A DNA stretch of 62,288 nucleotides, counting the filler, from Bipalium vagum (Eukaryota), in the NCBI GenBank assembly GCA_037834085.1. It is 3 parts of 3 records of this genome, joined end to end, with 100 filler letters (N's around TTAATTAATTAA, not from the genome) between each part and the next. Parts side by side here need not be neighbours in the genome. Positions count along the whole stretch, not along the records: positions 1 to 25,865 come from JBBMKC010170006.1; 2 more parts are not named here. One strand, given 5' to 3'. The translations under genes and the position numbers were made by a program. The notes under the pieces were generated by a model. The model saw only the letters and a program-made list of their open reading frames with translations, made no database searches and was not told the DNA's origin. This document shows, piece by piece, positions 11,730 to 23,640 of this stretch (the stretch's first letter is position 1; every line of letters starts with the position of its first letter).

Positions 11730-12640
11730 ATGCTTCTCGTCGCAATTACGGTTTTAATAACGAATGTCAAGGGCAACGCTCACTATGAGAAAATTGAGTC
11801 CTGTGCATCCCAAAGCTTGACCAACATTATATTACCCAACTCCATCGCATGTGCTCTTGCATGTGGGTCTGTCAAATGCAAGGCTTTTATATACGATTCC
11901 AGGGGTTGGAAATGTTATCTGTTTGCCTATCTTGATATATGTCAATTCAATACCGAGTGCGGTCATGTTAACATATTTGTCGATAATCGTTTTAAAGGAA
12001 AGGTGCACCTTTTACATAATTTTTTTAGTATATCTTATTGTTTCAGTTAAGCGCGGGGGTCAGTCGATCTCATTTCCAAATATTGAAGAATATCAACATT
12101 GATTTGACTGGTGGGTATGCATCGGTTTTCGAAATTATCAATGGGGATAGGTTGAGTGCCATAAAATTTGACAGCAAAAACAACGTCATTGTCGCAGAGG
12201 GGTCTTATTTAAACAGCAGAATGGTTGTTTTGCCAAAATGGGAATTCGTAGGCAATTTCAATGAAAAAAGTCGTCGGTTTTCTGCTTTGGCAAACAATCT
12301 TGTCACGTTTTTAACCACAGGAGCTTGTACTCATTATTTAGATTGTTACCGAAGCGTTATAAACTGCACTAATTACATTGATGAAAAGGGTCTTGTTTTA
12401 GGGATTTCGGGAATGGATCTGTTTGATTTGAAGATTTTGATTGAACAAATAAAAGTCAATAAATGGCATTTTATCATTTCAGGAACATTTTGGGGTGTAA
12501 AGGCATATTCAGACACTCAGGTTCTAGCAAACCTTTTTGGAATTCGTATAACTTCGAGAAAGGGCTCCACCGATTGGTTTCTGCAAGAGCAAATTTCGAA
12601 GAACATTTCAACTGTTTCTTCTGTAAAATGTACCTTTTAA
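11730..12640 (+). CDS. Secreted protein: signal peptide + PAN/apple domain + TCAF N-terminal-like domain, copy 2 (exons 11730-12002 and 12047-12640, 288 aa)
   Basis: Inverted paralog of 4145-5033; 44-nt phase-0 intron gtgcac..tttcag at the same codon; both frames open. Confidence 0.85.
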
Positions 12641-13599
12641 ACTTTCGAAAAAATTGTTTTCACACCTTTGCTGACTTGATCTTTGAAACTTCAGAAGTAA
12701 TATAATTGCGATTGTTACGTTCAGAGGTCATTGGTCTTCCGTGTACTTTTTTTTTAGTTTATTATATGTGCTTGTCGAATTTCCAAGATTAGATCAGGAT
12801 CCGCATTTAGGAACCGACTTAGGTTATTACCTAAAAAAGGAATTGATATTAAGAATATTGGTGTAAGACTGAGGAATCGTTTGAGGCGCCTCAGTGGACT
12901 TCCATAAAAACAGAGCTAGCAAGATTTTTATTTGATTGAAAATTATTGATTTGAAACGTCAGAAGAAATTTATTGCGGGAAACAAAATCAGTTTATGATT
13001 ATGTCAGTTTTTATGTGACAGGAGCCCACAATCTCACCCTCGATATGTCAAAACAGAATCAATGTTTGGGGTAAGGTAACCCTGACAATTCGGAGATTTT
13101 TGGTTCGAAAGCCGTTTAGGAGTGCTTCCTACACTTTTGATAAATGGCAGTGAATTTTAAGACGACCTTGAGTACTGTAAAGGACAGTCAACAATTAATG
13201 AAAATAATTTGGAAATATACGTGAAGGGTGCACGGTAAATCAATGAGATATAAAAGAAAAGCAATCAGCTAAAACTAGAGCATTTATACCGGGAAATGGA
13301 GCTACGTACTCCGGCCGATTGGAAGTGTATCGAAATTACGTGTGGCATTCACATGGTCTTCATATTGTGACGTGAACTTTGTATAACCGAGTCGTTTAGA
13401 AGTTTAACTTTGACCTTTGGTCCAAAGCTCAGAATTCGACCTCCAAAGCGATGTATCATCTTTGGATTTGTTTGTGATTAGCAACATTCAATTGGAGTCC
13501 CACTTGGTGATAGATTGACCATGTTCTGCTTTCAATTGAACTGTGGGAAACTATGATCGCAGAAAATCTAAAATAAGAACGTTCAAAACAAGAGTCTCT

Positions 13600-14153
13600 G
13601 TTTCGGCGGATCCCCCTCAAATGAGCGGTCATGAGTATGAACAGAAGGCACAATGATGTACGCGATATCTTAGTTGATTTGTTGTCCACACTTAAAGGAA
13701 TGGGAAATACACGTCGAAAAGAAAGAAAATTTTTCAGGAAAAAACTTAATTCCTGTTATACAATTAGTAAATAGGAGGCATAAAAGATACATTATTATAG
13801 ATGTCAAAGTCCCCTTTGAATCAGAGATTTCTATCAAGGGCAATGACGAAGCAAACAAGTAAAAGTATCAGACTTTGTTGGACGAAGCTCAATCCGAGCT
13901 CGGAAGAACATGGTACCACGATATCAGAACATTTATAATCGGAGCCGGGGGTTCGTGGATCCCATCAAACTACCAAAAACTCGGAGCATTTGGATTTAAA
14001 TTAGCAGAAATTAACTCAATTATGGAAAAATGTGCAACCAGGACGACCATTAATATCCACAATATCTGGAAAAAATTCATAACCAGAGCAGAGACAAACA
14101 TTTTAAAAAAACTTCCCCGTATCAATGACAACCATATCTTTGATTTGAAATAA
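13600..14153 (+). mobile_element. REL-endonuclease non-LTR retrotransposon 3' fragment
   Basis: RHNDVRDILV, IIIDVKVPFE, *KYQ and TFIIGAGGSW; same family as 39360-40150. Confidence 0.88.
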
Positions 14154-14891
14154 ATCACTGTTTTTGTTTTTTTTTATAATGCAACGTAAATGTCAATTCA
14201 GAAAACTGCCAGAAGTCTGAGGATCTATATTTAACCAGGAAGATTGATGACAGGAGCTTTTCACCTGAAAATAAACGTTTCCTCTCTCAACGTTCCGGAG
14301 CTCTTCAGTGTGAATTGAATGAGAAGAATTGATTTGGAACCTCACTTTGTTTCACTCTCTGATTCGGTCCAACGAAATTGGCTTATCTCTTCCCTTGTCT
14401 TCCAGCTTCATTTATGCCCAAACCACTGTCATCATCATTTCGTCTTGATCCTCTCTACATATGAAATCGGGAAGGGGTCAATCACTGACTGCTTTAGAGA
14501 CCAAGGGAGAATACATCCCACTTACTTGATATATTCTTTATGGATCTTCCTAGAGAAGTCTCGAGCCAAGGATAAGGAGATTAAGATTAAGTTCTGGACA
14601 GAAACGATCGATGATCTTTCCACAAAGAATCAAAGATGAGTCCTCGTCATTTCACATCCATTTTCAGAAATGAAAGAAAAGTGTCCTGATTTCAACTGCC
14701 AGGGGTCAGAATTGATGAACAATTCACGACCGAGAGAATGTGGCAATGGCACCGACGATATTTTACTCTTGCCAAAACCGGAGTGCTCTCATAAAAGATG
14801 GAGTGCTACTTACCCCTTCGAACGAAGACTCTAATCAGAACCGAAAAACAAACTTTCAAAAACCAAAAAAAAAATTATTTTCACCACACAA

Positions 14892-15098
14892 TCACGTCAA
14901 ATTGTCGCGTTCTCTCTCGGACAAACTTATGCCCTGGCGTCGTTTGTAGGTTGAGTAAAAGTTGACGCCGTTCACCGTCAGATTGATCATGCTGAACTTG
15001 ATGAGAGCCCCCAGCGCGAAGAAGAGCGGCAGGAATCGGTACTTGCCAAAAACGGACTCTCCGGGGATCGACTGGACTGCCGTGCGAAGTTTGGCGAT
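14892..15098 (-). CDS. SMIM4: SMIM4/UQCC5 copy 2 coding exon (inverted duplicate)
   Basis: Same 207-nt exon, acceptor and TGA as copy 1; carries E->K and K->N in the E.(S/I)MIK motif and a divergent C-terminal tail. Confidence 0.85.
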   Translation of the reverse strand: MAKLRTAVQSIPGESVFGKYRFLPLFFALGALIKFSMINLTVNGVNFYSTYKRRQGISLSERERDNLT

Positions 15099-15395
15099 CT
15101 AAAACAAAGACAGGTCGGTCGATTGGAATATTAAAACAAGCGCGATAAGAGTATTTGGACGAAGGAAAACTTTACCAAAGAATTTAATTAATTAAGAAGA
15201 AAAGGACGAATGAATCGAAATTGATTTTTCTGGTTTCATTTTTCGAAGTAAAATTATTTCTTTTTTCTTTTGAGACCGAAAATGGTCCAACTTTTAAAGA
15301 ATTAAAATTTTAACACTGAAAGAATTTAAGGAAAAGTCTCGCGTTCTTCAATAAGGGTGTAGAGTTTTCAAAGCTAAACAATATTGATTTAATTA

Positions 15396-15664
15396 TCAAA
15401 ATTGCGGTCTCTTCTGCGAGTGGGTAGCGAAGTATTCTTTGACAAGAATATCTTTAAAACAAACACAATGAGAGCAATCCGAAACCAGATTTTCATCTAA
15501 AAAGAAAATGATCAATACAATTGCCCTGTTCTGTCTCTTCAAATATTAAATGGAACACATCATTTTGGGCATTTCCTTCGGGATATGTCCCGTCAAGTTG
15601 GGTTGCTTTGGATGCCGATAACATAATGATCGACAGCAACACCACAATGAAGACAGCTCTTCAT
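15396..15664 (-). pseudogene. Small secreted-protein-like gene with a 1-nt frameshift after ATG and a 22-nt intron
   Basis: ATG-a-RAVFIVVLLSIIMLSASKA looks like a signal peptide; removing gtattgatcattttctttttag (15497-15518) restores a frame to ...SDCSHCVCFKD... Confidence 0.35.
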
Positions 15665-15699
15665 TGGACAATTGTGATGAAAATTTATTATGAACTATT

Positions 15700-18130
15700 G
15701 ATTGTAACAATAACTATCTGTGATATTTGGACATATTCAGTGTTATTATTTTGTTTAAAGATCTTAATTTTATTGATCTAGCACGTAGATTGGTTGTGAA
15801 ATAAAATTTTGTATATACAAAAGAAATATCATTTAAAGCTTGAGAAAAGTGATTCTTAATATTTGACATTTTATTTATGTTAACATCATTCATAATCGTT
15901 TCGCTACGGTTACCACGGCCCGAAAGACGTGATGTGATACTGTAAGAACTTTGAAAACTAAGTGCTCTTTTACGAATTCTACGAATAAGTTTTGGACAGA
16001 TGACCAAGTTATCCGTATTATATTGGTTACTGATTAAATGAAAAATACATCTACAAATGTTCCACAATCGTAACCATTGTTTGCCTATTCACTTTCAACT
16101 TACGATCAATAATCTAACATCCATTCCAAAAGCAACGTTCAAAGCCGAGTTCAAAACCCGAATCTGTTTTTGCACATATTCTAGCATGAACGGAACAGGA
16201 AGAGAGACGAAGTAGAACAATATCGAGCCAGTCTTGCAATAAACAAATGCGATCCAATGCTTATATTCAAAGGACGGAATTGTGAATTTAAGTAAAACTG
16301 AAGTAAATGAAATTCGGGGTGAATTGTCAGCAAACTGGAAAGGAGATTTGGTCAGGTCAAAAGTATTGACCCTTCATGTTATTGTTGGTGATTTGGTACT
16401 TTGTCATCCCTCAGTGGCTATTGAATCAATCTGGTGACATTTTGTCAACATTTGTTTCTTTTGACTTTTGCCCGTATGGCAAACGAACCAAAAGAAAATC
16501 ATTTGAGTCAGCGAACGATAATAGACAGTTTGAGAATCACGGATGAAAATGAGACTTGACCAACATTCTTTTGAGCTAATAAACTCATTTGTGATTTCGG
16601 AAAGATTTCTTGTTCCCAGATTGTTCAACTGTCGTTCGGAAAACTCAAATGTACTCCAAACGAGGACGTTTTTGTCAAGAATTGTGTTCGGGGCCCTGTC
16701 GAGCTTGAAGACTGATGAATTCTCTGACTGAGGTCGGAACAAAGTAATATTGATTTATGAATAACGGTCATAGACATTTAAATAGCGCAATGATTTTGTT
16801 GTGCTTTATCTTATTTTATGTTTACCATGTTCCATTGTCATTATTGTTTTCCATTAACGTTTGTTATTTGTGAGACTCGTGGAAGAGAGAGACTCTTCCC
16901 ATTCTTAGAACACGAGACATTTTGGTGCAGTGATTTGAGACAATTGACAACTTGGGCAGTCGCGTATGAGGACATTGATATTTTTGGGGGTGGCTCAGAC
17001 ATTGATTGAGTGATCGTAGTTGACGTTGTTGTGCTTATCGATTAAATAACGATTTTAGCCGTACATGTTGCTTTATCTTATTGTTTAAACTGTTTTACTT
17101 ATTACCGAACAGAACCATGTGATTATCGGAGGCAGATTGTAAACGGAGCTTGATTGATATCAATATTAACATTTTCATGACCCTGTGAACAATCATTTTA
17201 AAAATTCCCTCTTGTCAGACCCAACATATTTATAATTAGGATATTTTTTAAGAGAAGAAACGACGGCGGACCGAAAGTATTGCGAGGTCACGAAGTATTC
17301 CAAAAAATAATCTTTGAAACTTCAGTTAGAAGTGTACTTAAGAAGTTTTAACTCCAATTGAGGGAATATCGATAACACCAATTAGTTCAAGAATCTCAAA
17401 AATAATTATCTAAGGAAAGGCACTTCTCCAAGATTCGCCCAGGTCTGTGGAGAACTTGCGATACTCACATCAATAAAATATTTAAAAGTTGACGACGAAG
17501 ATTTGTTTGAATCAAAGATTCATTTTGTTAGGTTTAATTGTTACGTCGAAGATTCGTTTTTGATAACGACGTCAGAAGAATCATATTTGTGTTGACTGAC
17601 TCCAGAGACATTTACCTGTCGAAATATTATTATACAAGTAAATTTGACTTTTTTTCTTCAATTATAGAACAGGGTTATCTTCAGATCCACACCATCAAAA
17701 GATTTATTTCTCAGTGATCTGTAGGAGATCAGCTGATAGTTCGGAAGTCTGAGAAGGACTGCGTGGTATGGGTAAGAGTACCACTTTTTACCTTTTTACA
17801 TTATATAAAATTCTATTACGTGTTCCTAATTTGTTTTTGTTTGTGTTATCCGTTATTCACTTTAATTGTGGTTTTTGATAATACTCAATAATAAAGGTGT
17901 GACCATTTGTCTTCTTTCATTAACAATTTGTTACTTGATATCATTGTTAATTTGGGCGTTTTATTTGTTTCAACTTGGTGATCGATGTCATCGGCCACTT
18001 GATAACTGATATCGTTGCCATTCTGCGTCTGTGTGTCTTTGTGTGTTGCTGTTGTTTTGTGATATAAATACACGTTATTAGTTTATTGATCTTTGTTGAT
18101 TACGCCAACTGCTGGTGATGCGAGTGACAT
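15700..18130 (-). pseudogene. Decayed extracellular-protein gene: Thr/Ser-rich stalk + EGF-like + laminin-G-like modules
   Basis: TTTSTTITQSMSEPPP stalk; degenerate EGF CLKSLHQNVSCSKNGKS..NGKQ; LamG-like FRPQSENSSVF...NLGT...ISSKECWSSLIFIRD; many stops. Confidence 0.45.
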
Positions 18131-18479
18131 CAAATTTAAATTATCGAATAATTTAATAAACTTTTATTTATTTTTACTTTTTGTGATTTTTCTGATTTTT
18201 AATAATAAAACTTAAAAAATAATATCATTATAATTTTTTATATTATTTTAATTATATATTATTTATTATTATTGTTATATTATAATTATTCTTGCAAATT
18301 ATAATTATTTTTTCTATCATTAAAATAATTATTGATAATATTTTATAATTTTAATGTTTATTATTCTTAATCTTCTTATAATTATTTTATTATTATTATT
18401 GTTAATGTTATTATTTTATCAACGATATTATTTTTTTATTAAATTAAATGCATTATTTTCCTAACCAAACTTTCTTTTC

Positions 18480-21300
18480 TTCAAAAGAGTCATCTCAAAA
18501 GGAGATCTTACAAAATGGTACCACTCTTTGCTACAAGTTTCATATTGTTAATCTCTAAGGGACGAATCTCTTTCCAAACCTTTATGAGACTTATGTTGTG
18601 GTCAAAGTGCGCTAAAGGCTCTTTGGGCTCATAGAACGTCTTAAGAGTGGTATTTTAGAAGATTATGTTTTGCCCCGTCTGCTAGTGAAAATGACATCAT
18701 CAAGGTCTTGACAAAAAGCAATATATGTGGACCTTAAAGAGGATCAGTTTATACATACATTGATCTCTGCAAATGGCTTCTCAAATTGCACAAAACGGTC
18801 TATTTTTTGAAGGGAAACTCATTCAGCCGTTGACAAAGCGGGAATTTTTTGAAAAATATTACTTCTCCAGTTCCACCTAGGAACAATGGTATTCGTGGAC
18901 CATGATTCCTTAGCCAGTGAAGAAATCGTTCAGCGTGTTTGAAACCGAAAGATGCCTTTAACTGACCAGGTCTTGTCAAAGGAGAATTTGAATCTAACAA
19001 TGTCAGAAACAGACCCGCTTCGACTCAAGATGTGAAGCCCCACTGGGCACTCTCAGACGACCTCTGAGTTGTACCAATCATGACAAGGATCACTGTTAAG
19101 AAGGACTGTTTTGCTAATTCCTTAACTGCTGTCGCCTCGATCTGGCTTCATTTGACAATTGCTCAATTACCAAACGTCCTCTCAAAATCATTTCGCGCTC
19201 AGCTGAACGCCGACGAAGGGGAGTGCTTCCACTTGAGCGGAAGGCGATAATGATCCGGCAGTAATCACATTCCGCGCTGCTCTAACGCTGTCCAAATTAA
19301 ATCTCTCAGTTCTGAAAACCAACAGACACCAATTCTCAACCGCTTTCCTATGGAAATTAAGCCAACACCCGGAGGCCCACTTCCCACAGTACCCTGTCTC
19401 CATTTCACAGCCTTTGGAGAGTGGCAGACCACTAATGCCAATCTTCGCCATTTCCCCTTCAGTGCACATTACGATCATCATATTACGCTGACATCAATGG
19501 ACCAAGGGAGAAAGGGAGAAAGAGCCACGGGGGCTTCCAGATTGGAAGGATGGTCGTTGCCATCGGACGGCACGGCGAGAGGCCGAGGCGAATGGACAGT
19601 GAACCCACGCTCCCGGCTACGACTTCTCGCTCAATTAAACCCTAAATGGTTCGAAAACAAAAGCACTCGACTTCGGAAGGAACTTTATTTAATCAAGACA
19701 AAAACGTTTCACACGACCCTCCTCAATCCTCGTATCGGCCGAATCTGGAATGGCGAAATAATAATCAAAAACCAANNNNNNNNNNNNNNNNNNNNNNNNN
19801 NNNNNNNNNNNNNNNNNNNNNNNNNNNNNNNNNNNNNNNNNNNNNNNNNNNNNNNNNNNNNNNNNNNNNNNNNNNNNNNNNNNNNNNNNNNNNNNNNNNN
19901 NNNNNNNNNNNNNNNNNNNNNNNNNNNNNNNNNNNNNNNNNNNNNNNNNNNNNNNNNNNNNNNNNNNNNNNNNNNNNNNNNNNNNNNNNNNNNNNNNNNN
20001 NNNNNNNNNNNNNNNNNNNNNNNNNNNNNNNNNNNNNNNNNNNNNNNNNNNNNNNNNNNNNNNNNNNNNNNNNNNNNNNNNCACTAAGGGCTTTGTGACA
20101 GAGGCTCCACCAACCTTCTCTTCGTGAGCTCCCAATCGTCCCATCCGTTGACCGGGGTGAAGCGCTTCTTCCCGTTCCTGAAACGATAAAGATTTTCAAT
20201 GTGTATTTATCCCTTATGACAAAGTCCTCATGAAGATGGTCAGTGTGAAGGTGGTGACTGTGGGCGATGAATATTGAGGCTGACCATCTTTCAATTCGTG
20301 GAGAAATGAAAGGATTACTTTTCAATGAACAGCGAAATGGGAAAGGCGTTGACCAGACCCCAGAGTGACAGAGCAGACAATAATCAGATTTCCTCTCTAA
20401 AGACCCTCAAGGTGTATCTTTAACAAAAAAGGGCTTCTTAAAGAAGCGTATTCGTAAAAATGAAGCAGCAAAAGATTCTCATCAGTCACGACCTTTTCAG
20501 TTTATTGTCCCTATCTCATAGTAGCAAATTATCAATCTCAGAGGCCTAAAGGTCTCGCAAACAGAGATCACCCATCATTCTACTTTCTTGACACATTGCC
20601 TTCACACGTTCTTCTCTTTTTATCTCTGGCGGAGCCTCTCCTTTGCCCCTCTAGTGACAGATGAGGCCGAAGGCCAATGAGTCCAGATTGGACTCTGGAT
20701 GCATTTTAGCAAGAATTCGGCCCACTCAGCGACATTATCACGACGAAATGTTATCGCCCTCTTTTTCTGGAAGAGGAGATTATCCCAAGCTACTTTGAAC
20801 AGGTAAAACATTTCCATGGAGAGCGGCAATAAAAGCCTCAGCCGCTCGCTCAGCGCCGGAATGATGTTGACATATAAAACTAATGGAAATGGAAGCGAGA
20901 CTCACGGTTTGTGGGCCAGATTCCAGTCGTCGAATCCAGCGAGCCGAGAAAGTCTTTCGGAAGCCATCCTGAATAAATCATGCTCAAAAATGCCATTAAA
21001 AGGTCGTAAAGCAGTCAGCATTATCAAGCCCTGCAATAATTGGTTCCGGTTCTCACTCTGCCTCAGAGCGGCCGGCCGCAGGGACAGCGACACGGAGGAG
21101 GAGCGGCTCGTTGCGCGCTCCGCTCGTCTCCGCGCTCCGTCCACCCCTTTCGCTGGCTCGGTCGAGCCTCGGTAGCGTGAGAACGGCCATCACCACCCCG
21201 TGCTTTTACGACGACGTTACCTGGCTGCTGCTCCCGCTCCCGCAGAGAAGCTCTCGACCATGACCGGAGACAGCTGGGCAATAAAAAGCCCCATTATCAT
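18480..21300 (-). mobile_element. Highly decayed non-LTR retrotransposon body (RT region spans the N gap)
   Basis: Relatively GC-rich block with degenerate RT-like motifs in the expected order (RP..., YFAIPD similar to LAFADD, VITAGSLSPSAQVEAL similar to the R2-type thumb). Confidence 0.45.
19776..20081. other. Assembly gap (306 N)
   Basis: Run of N. Confidence 1.
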
Positions 21301-21479
21301 CATTTTGCAAGGCAGCATCATCCCTGAACGTTAATGACAGTAATGGTTATCGTTCATCTCCACTTCACATCAAAACAAGCTGTTCGCTGCAATTCCAGCA
21401 AGTGCTCTTATTAAGTATTATCATTATATTATCAATAATAATAATAATAGTAGTAGTATTATTATAAATTTTATCGGAC

Positions 21480-22010
21480 AAAACGAATGTTTCCGAGCTG
21501 GAAAGACTGCCTACCCTCGCTCGCAAGTCGTAAGAGAACCACGCACACCAAGTGAGAGAGGATGATCTCAAGTAGGTCACTCCCACTCAAACCTCTTGAA
21601 GGGTTACAGCCTTCTCTATTCATAAAGCCCACGATTACTGATCCAAATCGACAAGTGCTGGTGTGGAGGGGTACGTCTGGTTTATGTATTTTGAGAGATG
21701 AAACATAGAAGCAGGACAAAAAAGGCTGAAAAGTTTACGTTTGATTTCCCAGAGTATGGATGTTAAGAGGTCAGTGTACGACCGAGGAAAATGAGAGTGG
21801 GTTTGAAGAGAATTCATCGTCCGCCAAAACCTTCTCAGGTCTCAATCGCACTACACTCTTCAAAGGTGTCTCCTCCCTTGCAATGCCAACCTTACCCTTA
21901 CTTAGTCGTTGCCGAATTCACCTCACCAATTATCTTCGGATCCCCTTAGAGTGGCTGTCTTGCGACAACCAAGGTGAGGCAGAGATCTTTCATCAATGTG
22001 GCAGAACATA
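21480..22010 (-). mobile_element. LINE-like pre-RT fragment
   Basis: DLRRFWRTMNSL ... AVTLQEV*VGVTYLRSSS resembles the FW..+ / IT.EEV..++..L..SAPG region. Confidence 0.35.
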
Positions 22011-23349
22011 GACGGCGTTTTGTTGTGAAAGCACATTACAAGAAATTATTATTATTATTATTATTATGCATTTAAAGAAATTTATAAAAACAATATTAAT
22101 AATAGTAATAATAATGATAATAATAATAAATAATAATAATAAAATTATTAACATAATAATTGTCAAAAAATATCTTACTTTTTGGAAACGAAAATCGGAA
22201 ATGTTTATGAAATTGGTCGCGTAAATAAATTCGGATTTGCATCGTGATTTTATTGGTCGCATGAATATCTTGAGTCAGCCAATGAGAATCGATCTCCAGG
22301 AAAACGCTTATTTCATCATCTTGAGACCTGAGACTCCAAAGACTTTCGAATGAGTGAAGAATGCTCATTTCGATCTTTGATTGGGAATGAGTTGTTTCTA
22401 CGAGCAGAGCAAATTTTTTTTAATTAATTAAAACAAATAAATAAGTTGTATGATAATTATTTAATAGTCTTCTGGACAATGTGACGGTTGGGTTGGAGGT
22501 GAAGTTATTGCACATTTTGTTGATCAAAAATCACATTAAAGCAATGTTGGAGAGAGTCGGACAGCAAGTGCTAATGTAATCACCATTATGGTGGAGCACA
22601 AACTTCCAAGGACGGTTGGCTGGTTACTGATGACCACGGTATAAAAGGTCATTGAAAGACGATCAAAGAAACAGTTAAAAATCAGTTTGTGAAAAGTTCC
22701 AGGGCTAAATGATTTTAAAGTAAAAATCGTGAAACGTGTCAAGATTTTGCCTTTTCGAGGGATCCAGGAGCTTGAGAAATGAAATAAGAGCAGCTACAGA
22801 ACCAGAAAATCAATAAATATATTATCATGAGGACCACAACGAAAAGTAATTAAAAATTAAAACACTGACGCCCACGACATTGCAAAGCAATATCGCGTAC
22901 CAATACAAATGTCACGTGGTGACCATTCGCAAGTAAGTGAAACCAGTCACATGACCACAGATACCATTACTCGATGACAGCAAATCCAAATACTTACCAA
23001 ACCAAACTGAGCAGGATTTACTTGTCTGGTCTACCTAATAAAAATCGCCAGAATGACCACACCATTCCTGCTCTCAAGGTTTCAGAGCTGGCTTCCGCTG
23101 ATGATTGGTTACTGAGGTTCTGTTTTGACGGTGTTTCTTTAACTGACCTTGTGATGACGAGCATGTCTAACCACAGGTAGGGACCCCATCCAAAATAGTT
23201 TTGTACACTTCTTACCGATAAATAAATAGAGAGAAGTACCGTGGTGTTTCTGGACCGCGGGGAGGACAAGAAATAGCCAAATAAAGGCATGAAAGTTCGA
23301 ATGTACTCGGTCACTTTTTATCACTTGTTATCACCTTTATTGTGAATAG

Positions 23350-23640
23350 TGTTATATATCAGGTTCAGAGTAATCTTCGAGGATATCGATTCGTTGGGAG
23401 TACTGATACCAGATGGTGGGGTACACCTGTCGTCATCGTCAACCGAGCTTTCTTAATTGTTGCTGCTCTCTACATCTCGACTATGAACGGCGTCCAAGAG
23501 GAAAGGGAAACTATTCTCTTGGTGTATCGAAACTTGGATCACTTTTCAAGAATTTCTCGTGGAGGAAATTCTTGTTTAAATCAGAGTTGGTCCTGTGTTG
23601 ACGAAGATGAAAATGGGAACCATGATTCTATTGTGGTTCT
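23350..23640 (+). mobile_element. Gypsy RT N-terminal fragment
   Basis: WGTPVVIV ... NYSLGVSKLGSLFKNFSWRKFLFKSEL resembles WA.PVV.V / YP.P..+DLF..L.G.K.F.KLDL. Confidence 0.5.

Noticed and set aside
19350-20325. Long ORFs in the supplied track
   Set aside because: Their length comes from the N gap.
22500-23330. Membrane-protein gene on the minus strand
   Set aside because: Hydrophobic fragments and donor-like sites are present, but no consistent exon chain or family could be built.
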